A DNA stretch of 64,000 nucleotides from Kiritimatiellia bacterium (GTDB lineage Bacteria > Verrucomicrobiota > Kiritimatiellia > RFP12 > UBA1067): the NCBI GenBank assembly GCA_017652705.1, contig JAGCAM010000079.1, forward strand, positions 11,475-75,474, in the 5' to 3' direction. Shown piece by piece: positions 46,361-55,740 of the stretch. The notes below the pieces were generated by a model. The model did not search any database, was not told the DNA's origin, and was given only the letters and a program-made list of their open reading frames with translations. A program made the translations under genes and the position numbers. Each line of letters opens with the position of its first letter. Position 1 is the stretch's first letter.

Positions 46361-49300
46361 TCACTTCACCGTGACGGTCTTCTCGGACGAGACTCCGGTC
46401 ATCACGTCGGTTACGACGATCTTCCAGCGGTCGACGCTTTCGTTGAACGCCACGCGGAAGTCGCACGACGCCCTGCCCCCCTTCGCGTCCACCAGCTTGA
46501 ACTTGACGGGCGCGAGGCGCTCGAAGCTTTCGCCCTCCGGCGGCAGCATTTCGAAGCGCAGCACGTGGGTGACGGGCTTCGCCCCCGCGTCGCCGGCGAC
46601 GACCGCCGCCTCCACGTGCAGGTCGGAACCCTTCGCCGCCGAATCCGGCGCGTTCACCTCCACCGCCTTCACCTCGTAGGGCAGCAGCGCGTAGAAGCAC
46701 TCGTCGAGCCCGTTGAACACCACCGGTATCGCGTCGGTGCGGCCGACGGGTCTGCCCGCGCGGATGTCGTAGACCCAGTTCGTCGAGGCGAGTTTGACCT
46801 CCGCCTTCATCGGGAAGCGCTCGCAGCTGCGGCCCGACTTCTCCACTCCGAGGCACACCGCGCCGTCGCGCGTGAAGCGCGTGAATTCGGCCGGCACCGT
46901 CACTCCGTCGGCCACCGCCCGCGCGAACGGCCGGTGCCCGCAGGCCGCGAAAACGCGGCGGAACGCCTCGTTCGCCGCGCCGAGTTCGCCGCGCCCGTCC
47001 AGAAACGGTATCGCAGCCATGTTGATGTTGAACAGCACCGCCCTGCCCTTGCCGAATTCGCGGACGAAAAACGCCTCCGCGCCGGACGCCGCCCGGGCAT
47101 GCGCCTTCGCGCCGGACGCCCGCAGCGACGCGTCGACCAGAACCCCCTTGATCTCCACCGGCGCGGCGGCGAGCCCCTCCACGCGCAGCGTCGCGTGCTC
47201 GACCTTCGCCTCCGGCGAGAGCCGCTTCACGCCGAAGAGTTCGTCCAACGGAGGCTTCGCGTGGCGGACACCGTCCACCCCGTGCGTCGCGATGCGCGCG
47301 TCGGCGATGACGCTGCCGCCGTTCCTGACGAACGAAATTATCTCCTCGATCTCCTTGTCGCTCAGGATCTGCGTGTAGCCGAGCACCAGCGTCTTGACGC
47401 CTTTCCTGAGGTCGCCCTTCTCGATCATTTCGCTCGAAATGCCGTCCCACTGGAAACCGTGCGCGACCACCAGCCCTTCAAGCGTGCCGCGGGCCTGGCC
47501 GTGGGTGCTCATCTCTTTCACGAGCGGGCTGAGATGGCCGGAGTTGCGGCTCACCAGCACGCGGATGCCGTCGTTCTCGCGCTTGGAACGGGTGGTGAGC
47601 GCCACCGGCCCGCGCATGATTTCGCGGTACGTCGCGAACATCCACCCCGCGCGGCCGGGGTTCACCGACCCGTCGCCTTCGACCATGTAGCTGCCCAGCC
47701 AGAACCAGCTGAAATTGCACCCGTCGAGAAGGCCGTGCCATACCTGCCGTTCGCGAATCGGCCTCTTTACCTTCTTGCCGCCGTACACGCCGATGCACTC
47801 GCCGATGTAGCGGTGCGGAACTGCCCGCGCGAGCTGGATGTCTTCGCTGCCGGCGTAGGGGCAGACCGTGTTGAGGTGCTTGAGCACGTCGTACTTGATG
47901 TTGCCGAGCGTCGACGCGCCGAACCCGAAGCCGATCGACCGGTCGCGCGAACAGACCCCGCGCGCGATCGCCGCCGCCTGGTCGACGAACGCGTCCTCGA
48001 GGTACGTCTGCCGGTCGATCGCCGGCGCAAACACGCCGTCCTTCTGCCGTTCCTCTATCAGCTTCTGCTCGATTTCGAGAAAATCCTTCACCGACGTCTT
48101 CCACACGGCGTTGAGCTTGTCGACCGTGCCGTACTTCTTCTTCAGCCAGAAGAGGAAGTTCACGTACTGCGGCGACTCGGCGGGTTTCGCCGCCTTCACC
48201 GCCTCGAGCGTGACGTCTTTCCAGTCGGCGAACTTCGTGTTCAGATGCGCGTTCATCACTTCCACCCTGTCGTACGCGTCGCGCATCGCCGCGACGACCG
48301 TCGGCAGTTCGTTCGGCGTCAGGTTCTCGACCATCTTCGCCACCGAATCGCGGTCGGTTCCGAACAGCCGGAAGTCCTTCACCCCCTGCCTGCGCAGGTT
48401 CTCGGCCTTGCGCTCGCGGTACGCCGGCACCCAGTCGGGTATGGTGTTCTGAATTACGCTCGGTGCACCCGAGTCGTCGCCGAGCGAAATGAAGCGCCCG
48501 TTGATTTTCCGACACTGCTCGGCGTGTTCCGCGTAGCGGCGTTCGAGATGCTTCAGCCACCAGCGGCTTGAAATCGAGCAGCCCCTGTCGGAGGTGCTGC
48601 CGGGTATGCGGTCGCGGATGACCGGGTCGCCGCCGCGAAAGCACGATCTGACGTCGCTGGTCTCCCACAGATCAATGCCGCAGTACTGGAAGTATGCAAG
48701 GCGAAGCTCAGCGAATTCGCCGCTGCCGCACGGGTCGGTGGTGAAAATGCGGTAGTCCGCGCCAGCGTCGCCGCGGTGGAGAAAACAGGTCAGCCGCCTG
48801 ACGTCGAAAACCCGGTCGCCTTCAAGGTAGACGTCGATGAAGTTGCAGCTCCAGTCGAGAAACTTCTGGTCGAAGACGATTTCGACCGAATCCGCCGAGG
48901 CGTCGACCGCCGCCTCCACCCGCGAAATGACGCGGTTGCGCACGTCGCGCAGATCGCCGCGCACTTTGAGCCCGCCCGCCGACGCGCCGTTCACCGCCGC
49001 CCTGACCGCGATCTTCTCGCCCGGGTTGAACGTGCCGCGCCCGGCCGAGAACCGAACTTCGCCGAACTCCGGCGGCGCGATCTCCGCGCGGCAGTAGGCG
49101 CCGCCGCAGCCGCACTTGACCGGCTTGCCTGGCTTGATCACCAGTTCGCCTGAAGCGAAATCGAGCAGCTTGCCGCCCGCCTCGAGCCGCGCGTCGACCG
49201 TGTAGCGGCCCGCGCCGAGCCGCGGCGCCGCGAGCGTCACGTGGTTGGTGCCCGCCGGCAGATCCACCGCGGGGCGGTCCGGGCCCGCCAGAAGCCTGCC

Positions 49301-51379
49301 GAACGTGTCGCGTACCCGCCAGACGACTTCGCCCTTCCACGCCGGGCCCGCGGTGGTCAGCGTCGCCGCCGCACCGGTGCCGCCGTCCTGCACCGGAGCG
49401 CCTACTTCGAGGCAGCGGCGTTTGCCGCGCATGCCCAGCCCCGTCATCACCGCGCGGGCCGCCGCGGCGAGGCAGTATTCGTCTTCGTAGGCGATGTCCG
49501 GCGTGAGCGTCCAGCCGGGCGTGATCAGCGTCGTCAGGCACCACCCGGCCGCCCTGCCCGGATTGTAGCAGGCGAACGAACCCTTGCCGAACGCCGCGGT
49601 CGCGACGCCGGGCAGCCGGCAGTCGATCGACTTTTCAAGATCGAACCTCCCGCCGCCTTCCGGACGCACGAGTTTCACCATCCCCTTCGGGTTGCCCCGC
49701 GCGAGTTCTTTTTCGTGCTCGACTTCGCGGCCGAACACGTTGTTGCCGTTCACCACCACCACCTTCGCCCCTTCGAGCATCCGCCCGTAAAGCCAGCACT
49801 GCAGCTCCATCGGCCACGCATCGATCGACGTGCCGAGAAAGACGAACTGTTCGTACGGCGTCTCCTTGAGCATCCGCTCGAGCATCTTGCGCTTCTCCGG
49901 CGCGAGCATCAGGCCTTCGTAGAAATAGTCGCTCGTCTTGCCGAGACCGCGGTCGAAACACTGAAAAACGTCCGCGTCGACGTCAAGCCGGTTCATCAGC
50001 GCCCACGCCTCCCACGCGCCGTGCTGGTGGGCGCAGACGAGCGTCTTGCCGGACGCCCGCTCCGCGAGGTTCTTCGCCCACGGGAACAGCGTCGGTTCGC
50101 TGTTCCGGCGTTCCCACGGCTTCGGCGTTCGCTCCGGCTCCTCGGCGAATTTGTCCGGCGCGTCGGCCGGCGGGTTGATCTTCACCGGCACGCGCACTTT
50201 CTTCTCCGTGCGCATCAGGTTGCGCACGCACTCCCAGTAGGCGTTTTCGAACGCGGCGTCCCACGCTTTGTTCTTGCGTTCCAGCTCCGAAACCGCCGCG
50301 ATGTCCAGCTTCGCCGCGGCAAGCACGTTCGACCTGGCCGTCTCGTATTCGCCCCGCTGGCTGGATATCCGCCTGAGGACGTCGCCGAAGAACCCCTTTC
50401 TCGGCGGCTCGGTTATTGATGCTACGAAATCGTCGAGACGCTTGAGTTTCGCCCCGCAGCCGGCTATGCACTCCTTGCCCTTGGCGAGATAGCTGAGCCG
50501 CGACTCGCGGCCGTGGTCGACCACCACGTATTCCGAATCGGTCTGCACGTAGATCGTGCGCCGGTCGAGATCAGGATACGCCAGCCGCAGCCCGTCAACC
50601 GGGTTCTTCGGCGTCTTCTCCACCAGCACGCACTTGCCGTAGAGCTCGGCGTTGTGGTGGGTCTGCCCCTGGGTCGACCAGCCCAGCACCGCCATCGCTT
50701 CGCGCGTCGAGTCGGGCGGCAGTCCGGAACCAGGTTTCGGATACCACGTCTTCCAGAGCCTGATACGCGCGGGCTCCATGCCGAAAATGTAGCCGACTTT
50801 CGCTTTCATCTCCAAGTGCGTCAGCGCGAAGCGCGCCTCCACCTGCCAGTAGTCCTTGCCGATCGTGTACGCCTTGTCCCAGTCGGAGTTGAGCCCGTAG
50901 TTGCTGTCGGCGAGAATGCCCCAGCCGAAGTCGTAGTACCAGATGATCTCCTTCTCGTCGGTCGGGTTCAGCCAGATCTGGAACTTCGTGTGGCGGTCGT
51001 TGTTGCCGTCGAGGTGCAGTTCGACGTTGTCCCGCCAGATGAAGTTCCGCCGGCGGTCGTTGCGCGCGTCGTTGAACCGCTTCATGTTCTCCGGGGTGTC
51101 CTCCCAGCAGGTGGCCAGCACGTAAAAGTACTTGTCGTCCCAGAGACACCTGAATTCGGTGCGCGGCGTCTTCCACCGCGTGTCGATGGAGACCGTCGTG
51201 CAGCCGAATTCCGTCAGCGGCACGGCGCGTTTCCAGTCGGCCTCGTCCATCTTGCCGTCGATGACGACGGGGGCGGTCGCCTTCTCGACGAAGTGCAGTT
51301 TGAAACTGTCGGTCGTCTTGTCGGCCGCCTGCGCGGCCGCCGCGATCGAAACCGCTGCCAGTATGGTCGTCTTTTTCAT
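46361..51379 (-). CDS. 1672-aa secreted protein with N-terminal CBM9-like domain and GH42-like (beta-galactosidase-like TIM barrel and trimerisation-like) region
   Basis: Signal peptide MKKTTILAAVSIAAAAQA. VIDGKMDEADWKRAVPLTEF (CBM9/DOMON-like). Central ...RYIGECIGVYGG... and ...KTLVLGYTQILSDKEIEEIISFVRNGGSVIADARIA (GH42 A4-domain-like). GGGGGAG RBS. Confidence 0.55.
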   Translation of the reverse strand: MKKTTILAAVSIAAAAQAADKTTDSFKLHFVEKATAPVVIDGKMDEADWKRAVPLTEFGCTTVSIDTRWKTPRTEFRCLWDDKYFYVLATCWEDTPENMKRFNDARNDRRRNFIWRDNVELHLDGNNDRHTKFQIWLNPTDEKEIIWYYDFGWGILADSNYGLNSDWDKAYTIGKDYWQVEARFALTHLEMKAKVGYIFGMEPARIRLWKTWYPKPGSGLPPDSTREAMAVLGWSTQGQTHHNAELYGKCVLVEKTPKNPVDGLRLAYPDLDRRTIYVQTDSEYVVVDHGRESRLSYLAKGKECIAGCGAKLKRLDDFVASITEPPRKGFFGDVLRRISSQRGEYETARSNVLAAAKLDIAAVSELERKNKAWDAAFENAYWECVRNLMRTEKKVRVPVKINPPADAPDKFAEEPERTPKPWERRNSEPTLFPWAKNLAERASGKTLVCAHQHGAWEAWALMNRLDVDADVFQCFDRGLGKTSDYFYEGLMLAPEKRKMLERMLKETPYEQFVFLGTSIDAWPMELQCWLYGRMLEGAKVVVVNGNNVFGREVEHEKELARGNPKGMVKLVRPEGGGRFDLEKSIDCRLPGVATAAFGKGSFACYNPGRAAGWCLTTLITPGWTLTPDIAYEDEYCLAAAARAVMTGLGMRGKRRCLEVGAPVQDGGTGAAATLTTAGPAWKGEVVWRVRDTFGRLLAGPDRPAVDLPAGTNHVTLAAPRLGAGRYTVDARLEAGGKLLDFASGELVIKPGKPVKCGCGGAYCRAEIAPPEFGEVRFSAGRGTFNPGEKIAVRAAVNGASAGGLKVRGDLRDVRNRVISRVEAAVDASADSVEIVFDQKFLDWSCNFIDVYLEGDRVFDVRRLTCFLHRGDAGADYRIFTTDPCGSGEFAELRLAYFQYCGIDLWETSDVRSCFRGGDPVIRDRIPGSTSDRGCSISSRWWLKHLERRYAEHAEQCRKINGRFISLGDDSGAPSVIQNTIPDWVPAYRERKAENLRRQGVKDFRLFGTDRDSVAKMVENLTPNELPTVVAAMRDAYDRVEVMNAHLNTKFADWKDVTLEAVKAAKPAESPQYVNFLFWLKKKYGTVDKLNAVWKTSVKDFLEIEQKLIEERQKDGVFAPAIDRQTYLEDAFVDQAAAIARGVCSRDRSIGFGFGASTLGNIKYDVLKHLNTVCPYAGSEDIQLARAVPHRYIGECIGVYGGKKVKRPIRERQVWHGLLDGCNFSWFWLGSYMVEGDGSVNPGRAGWMFATYREIMRGPVALTTRSKRENDGIRVLVSRNSGHLSPLVKEMSTHGQARGTLEGLVVAHGFQWDGISSEMIEKGDLRKGVKTLVLGYTQILSDKEIEEIISFVRNGGSVIADARIATHGVDGVRHAKPPLDELFGVKRLSPEAKVEHATLRVEGLAAAPVEIKGVLVDASLRASGAKAHARAASGAEAFFVREFGKGRAVLFNINMAAIPFLDGRGELGAANEAFRRVFAACGHRPFARAVADGVTVPAEFTRFTRDGAVCLGVEKSGRSCERFPMKAEVKLASTNWVYDIRAGRPVGRTDAIPVVFNGLDECFYALLPYEVKAVEVNAPDSAAKGSDLHVEAAVVAGDAGAKPVTHVLRFEMLPPEGESFERLAPVKFKLVDAKGGRASCDFRVAFNESVDRWKIVVTDVMTGVSSEKTVTVK

Positions 51380-51419
51380 TCGCTTTTCTCCCCCGCGCCG
51401 CGGAATCTTTCCGCAACGC

Positions 51420-54400
51420 TCATTTCACCGGTGCCGCGAGCGTCACCGCCGCCGCGCTTTCAAGCCCGGTCGCCATGTCGCGCAGCACAACTTTGTAACG
51501 TCCGGGCGCGTCGGAATACGGGAACTGGAAGTCCACCTTCGTCTTGCGGTCCGCGCAGAACAGCGTTTCGCGGTTCGCGATGCGCGCGCCTGCGGGCGAC
51601 TCAGTCTCCAGCCGGTATACCGAGCCTTTGCGCAAAACCGCCGTGTCCAGCGAAATCTCGTCGCCGGGCGCGATTTCCGTCTTCGTCAGCCTGACTTCGG
51701 GCGGCCGCTGCTCGGTCTTGAACGCCGCGTAGAGCGCATGCGGTTTCTCGAGACGCGCGATCGTTATGCGGTCGGACCGGCCGATGAAACCGACATCGGA
51801 TTCATACACCCACTTCTCCTCGCCGAGCTCGATTTCCGCCCGCTTGCCGAGATTGTAGGTGCTGGTGACGAACCCGAGCAGCGTCATGTCGCCGAGTTCG
51901 CGGATCCGGAACTTGACACCGTCCGTCGAAATCCCGGAAAGCTTCTCCTTCACCGTTATCCCGCTCTCGGCGAGCAGCGCGGTTATCCGGTCGTCTTTCC
52001 AGCCGCGCTTGAGCTCCTTCCATAGACCGGAGAGCGGCGGTTTTTCGCGGCGCGCGAGGTATCCGTCGAGAACGCCCGGTTCGCAGTCGGAATATATCTT
52101 GCCGCCGCGTTTCGCGAACTTGGCGAGCGCGGCGGTTTCGCCGTCGTCGAGGGCGACCGCGCCGGAGAGAAACAACGCCTTCATCTCGTCCAGCCTGCAC
52201 AGCGACCGCCGGGTGACGATCGCCGTGTCCATGCCGTTGCGGTAGCAGTAGTCGATGAACGCGCCGTTGCCCTCGCGGGCGGACGGAAAATCGTCCGAAA
52301 GCGTCGACGCGTGGTTGGAGGCGTGGGAATAGTAGATCGCGAAGGCGCTTTTCCGCATCGGCACCCGGCACAGCAGCGCGCCGATCCCGCGCGACAGCGG
52401 CCTCCACGTGGGCAGCATGCGCTTCACGTACGGTGCCGGCTGAAAATCGCTCGACATTCCGGACTCCGCGCTCGCGGGGTCCATCTGGAACCAGAGGTCG
52501 GCGTTGAGGGTTCCGCACAGCACGTACCCCCACTGCTCCGCGGCGAAACCGTCGCGCGGCGAGCGTTGGTAGCCGCCCCACCAGATGCCGCGCAGGCAGC
52601 GCGGCGCGATGTTGCGCACCAGTTCGTCGTCGACCTTGTTGCCGTACGGCCCCCAGAACTCCAGTTTCGAAAGCGTGTATTCGATGTCGGCGCCGGGCGA
52701 CCCCTCCGCGCCGCAGCGCGCTTTCGGGTCGCGCTTCTTGATTATCGCCGTCAGTTCGTGGAATGTGTCGGCGTAGAGGTGCTCCGCGTACTGCACCTGG
52801 TCGTACCACGTCACCCAGTCGTTCGCCGCCCTGGACGCTTTCACGCGCACGTGCGGCGCCTCCGCGAAGTCCGCTATGTTGGTGCCGTGCGCCCGGTTGT
52901 ACGCCGCAAGCGTGCCGTAACGCTTCTTCAGATAATCGCGGTAGTACCCTTCGCTCTCGGCGTCGCCGAAGCCGATGTCGGACGAATACCCGCACTCGTC
53001 GCCGAAACTCCAGGCGAGCGGTCCGTACGGCAGCGTTGCGTCGATTCTCTTGTTGTAGAAACGCGCGAGCCGCTCGCGGACCGCCGGCCGGTGCACGTTG
53101 AGGTCGTGCCCGTTCGCGTCCCACCACTGCTTGATTTCGGGATCGCCGCGCGACGATTTCGGTATCGGGCATTGCGTCGTCCACACCGTGCCGCTGGGAC
53201 CGGCGGCGAGGCACACGCGCGTCGAATACGGCAACGCCCGACCGTTGAATATCGCGCTCAGCGAGCCGGACGACAGATGGTTGTTGTAGCCGATTTCATC
53301 CATCAGCGGGGGCGCGAAGAGTTCCGCGAGATTGCCTGGGCCGATGCCGTCCCAGCAGATCATCGCGTAGTCTTCGAAACGGTGCGTCGGGAAGAACACC
53401 AGTTTCTTCACCTTCGCCGCCGCGCCCCCGTCGGCCTTCCTCAACGTCACGTCGACGCACCCCGCCTTCGTCGGGAACGGCTTCGCGGCGATCTGATACC
53501 TCACGCTCCGCGCGCCGCCGCCCACCGGAATCTTGCACCTGGCCCGCACCTGGCGGTAGGGCATGTCGCGCAGCAGCACATCGACCGTCCACTTCTCCCC
53601 ACGAGGCACGGGCTTCTCCCACGCGATCACCGTGTCGAACCGGCAGCCCTCCGCTACCACCATCCTGTTCGTGCCGTTGACGGTCATCGCCCCGACCGGG
53701 CTCTGCACCGTAAACTTCCTCACCGACGCGAAATCGTCGCAGCCGCCGCTCCCCGGCACCACGTCGACGTAGTAGTCGCCCCCGGAGTAACCGGATATGT
53801 CGACCGCGAACACGTTGCGCCCGGCCTTGACCGGCGCCGTCTCGTCGACCAGCAGTTCGTTGTCAGACGATCTCACCCGGTACTTCACCGAATCGCACGC
53901 GCCGCGGGGCGCGGCTTCCACGGTGAACGGATACAGCTCGGTGCCGAGCGGCAGCGGCTCGGCCACGCCGGCGGCCTGCGCGAATTTAACCGTCGACGCC
54001 GGGTTGCGCCCCGCCGCGTAACGCGCCGCGTTCATGAAATACGTCGACCGCGTCTCGTAGTTGGCCCTCCACGCGAAGTTCCAGAATTCAGGCACCGGCA
54101 CGTCGATGCACACCACGCGCCCCCTGCCGTAGCGGTACGCCCTCACCGCCTTCGGCGACAGCCCCGCCGCCGACAGTATCCGCCGGCCTTCCTCGTCGGG
54201 CTCGAGGTACTTCTCGTCGGGCACCAGATCGCGCCCAACCCTGGAACCCCGCAGCACCAGCCCCACCCCCTCGTCATGCACCCGCCTGACGATCTCGCAG
54301 CGGTACACCGCCGGTATGCCGGACGGATAGGTGTAGTGAAGCACGATCACTTCGGGGTTTTTCGCCAGCATCGTTTCAAACTGACGGTAGCGCGGCAGCG

Positions 54401-55667
54401 GCAGCCCCCCGGTCACGAGATCGGCGAAGATCGACGAATATCCGAACGGCATCGGGAAAACATCCACCTTGAAATCGCAGCGCTGGCAGACCTCAACCGC
54501 ATCGCGGACCCACGGCCCGGTTCCGGTTATGCACAGCACCTTCGCCGCGCCGCCGAGCGATTTTTCGCACCATTTCAGATGCGGCGTCACGTACGCCGTC
54601 TGACTCGGATTCCACCTGAACCAGCCGTTGTGGCCGTCGTACTCCTTCGGCGGGTTGAGGTCGTATGTGCCGGCGAGCCGCAGCTTCTTCGGCGGCAGCG
54701 GCTTCTCCATCGTCGCCATCCTGACTATGTTGGTGAGCGCGGCGTCCGTCTCCGCCTTGTCCGCCGCGGCGATTTCGTCGAGCGTCTCCTGTATCGTCTT
54801 CGATATCTCGCGCGTGCCGTCTTCGTCGTGCAGGTAGCTCTTGCCGCCGATGCCGACCGCCCAGTACCCTGGCACGCGCTTCTCGATCATCTTAAGTATC
54901 GTCGCCGCGGCTGGCTTCGCCCCGTCGGAAAACTGCAGATACCCGAACCTGTTCGCCGAGAAAAAGCTCGCCATCACCGCCGAAGCGCCGAAATCGCCCC
55001 AGCCGCGCTCGGTGAAACGGAACCGCGAATGGTTGAACCGCCACACTTCGCCCGGCCTGACCTTCGCCCGCCCGTGCAGCGCCGCCCACGGTATGAAAAG
55101 CTCGAATTCCCAGCGGTCGCTGAATATCTTCGCCGCGCTCTTGATGCCGTCGGGCTTCCACGCCGGCTGCGGATTGTTCGGATCCATTCTCCAGAGCGTG
55201 GAACAGACGCCGAGCGAATTGACCATGAACTTGTAGAACCCGACCGCGTCGCCGACCGGATCAAGGTAAATCTCGCCGATGTCGTCGGTCTCGATCGCAT
55301 TGTCGCCGCTCTTGCGGGCCCGTTGCCGCAGATTGCCGGGCTGCGACTCGGGGTTGCACACCCCGACGTACAACCCCGCGTCGTCGTACATGATCGCCGC
55401 GCTCGTGCCCTCGAACTTGTGCTTCGGCCGCGGTTTTATGTATTCGTAGTAGACCGTGTGCGGCATGGCGTCTTTCCAGCACGCATCGTCGAGCGCCCCG
55501 TCGATTTTCGGCGGCGTCTTCGCCGGCATCGCCACGTCAAATGAGATTTCCGCCACGTCCACCGCCTGCACCGCCGCCGCGAACACTGCCGCAACGCCGC
55601 ATACCGCGGCCCTCAATGCCGTCAAGCGGCCGGTATGTCGGTCGACAAAAGATTTTTCAGTTTTCAT
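51420..55667 (-). CDS. ~1415-aa secreted paralogue of the preceding protein (CBM9-like + GH42-like)
   Basis: Start chosen at MKTEKSFVDRHTGRLTALRAAVCGVAAVFAAAVQA. N-terminal KIDGALDDACWKDAMP CBM9-like domain. GH42-like region ...WSFGDECGYS... and ...KALFLSGAVALDDGETAALAKFAKRGGKIYSD. Confidence 0.55.
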   Translation of the reverse strand: MKTEKSFVDRHTGRLTALRAAVCGVAAVFAAAVQAVDVAEISFDVAMPAKTPPKIDGALDDACWKDAMPHTVYYEYIKPRPKHKFEGTSAAIMYDDAGLYVGVCNPESQPGNLRQRARKSGDNAIETDDIGEIYLDPVGDAVGFYKFMVNSLGVCSTLWRMDPNNPQPAWKPDGIKSAAKIFSDRWEFELFIPWAALHGRAKVRPGEVWRFNHSRFRFTERGWGDFGASAVMASFFSANRFGYLQFSDGAKPAAATILKMIEKRVPGYWAVGIGGKSYLHDEDGTREISKTIQETLDEIAAADKAETDAALTNIVRMATMEKPLPPKKLRLAGTYDLNPPKEYDGHNGWFRWNPSQTAYVTPHLKWCEKSLGGAAKVLCITGTGPWVRDAVEVCQRCDFKVDVFPMPFGYSSIFADLVTGGLPLPRYRQFETMLAKNPEVIVLHYTYPSGIPAVYRCEIVRRVHDEGVGLVLRGSRVGRDLVPDEKYLEPDEEGRRILSAAGLSPKAVRAYRYGRGRVVCIDVPVPEFWNFAWRANYETRSTYFMNAARYAAGRNPASTVKFAQAAGVAEPLPLGTELYPFTVEAAPRGACDSVKYRVRSSDNELLVDETAPVKAGRNVFAVDISGYSGGDYYVDVVPGSGGCDDFASVRKFTVQSPVGAMTVNGTNRMVVAEGCRFDTVIAWEKPVPRGEKWTVDVLLRDMPYRQVRARCKIPVGGGARSVRYQIAAKPFPTKAGCVDVTLRKADGGAAAKVKKLVFFPTHRFEDYAMICWDGIGPGNLAELFAPPLMDEIGYNNHLSSGSLSAIFNGRALPYSTRVCLAAGPSGTVWTTQCPIPKSSRGDPEIKQWWDANGHDLNVHRPAVRERLARFYNKRIDATLPYGPLAWSFGDECGYSSDIGFGDAESEGYYRDYLKKRYGTLAAYNRAHGTNIADFAEAPHVRVKASRAANDWVTWYDQVQYAEHLYADTFHELTAIIKKRDPKARCGAEGSPGADIEYTLSKLEFWGPYGNKVDDELVRNIAPRCLRGIWWGGYQRSPRDGFAAEQWGYVLCGTLNADLWFQMDPASAESGMSSDFQPAPYVKRMLPTWRPLSRGIGALLCRVPMRKSAFAIYYSHASNHASTLSDDFPSAREGNGAFIDYCYRNGMDTAIVTRRSLCRLDEMKALFLSGAVALDDGETAALAKFAKRGGKIYSDCEPGVLDGYLARREKPPLSGLWKELKRGWKDDRITALLAESGITVKEKLSGISTDGVKFRIRELGDMTLLGFVTSTYNLGKRAEIELGEEKWVYESDVGFIGRSDRITIARLEKPHALYAAFKTEQRPPEVRLTKTEIAPGDEISLDTAVLRKGSVYRLETESPAGARIANRETLFCADRKTKVDFQFPYSDAPGRYKVVLRDMATGLESAAAVTLAAPVK

Positions 55668-55674
55668 GAAGTTA

Positions 55675-55683
55675 ATTCTACCA
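55675..55683 (-). promoter_or_regulatory. extended -10-like element TGgTAGAAT, 7 nt upstream of the ATG at 55667
   Basis: Minus-strand tTTGgTAGAATtaacttcATG. Confidence 0.35.
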
Positions 55684-55740
55684 AAATACGCCGCCAAGGG
55701 CAATAGCACGCGCCGGACGCGGTACGTCGGCGGCTGTCAC

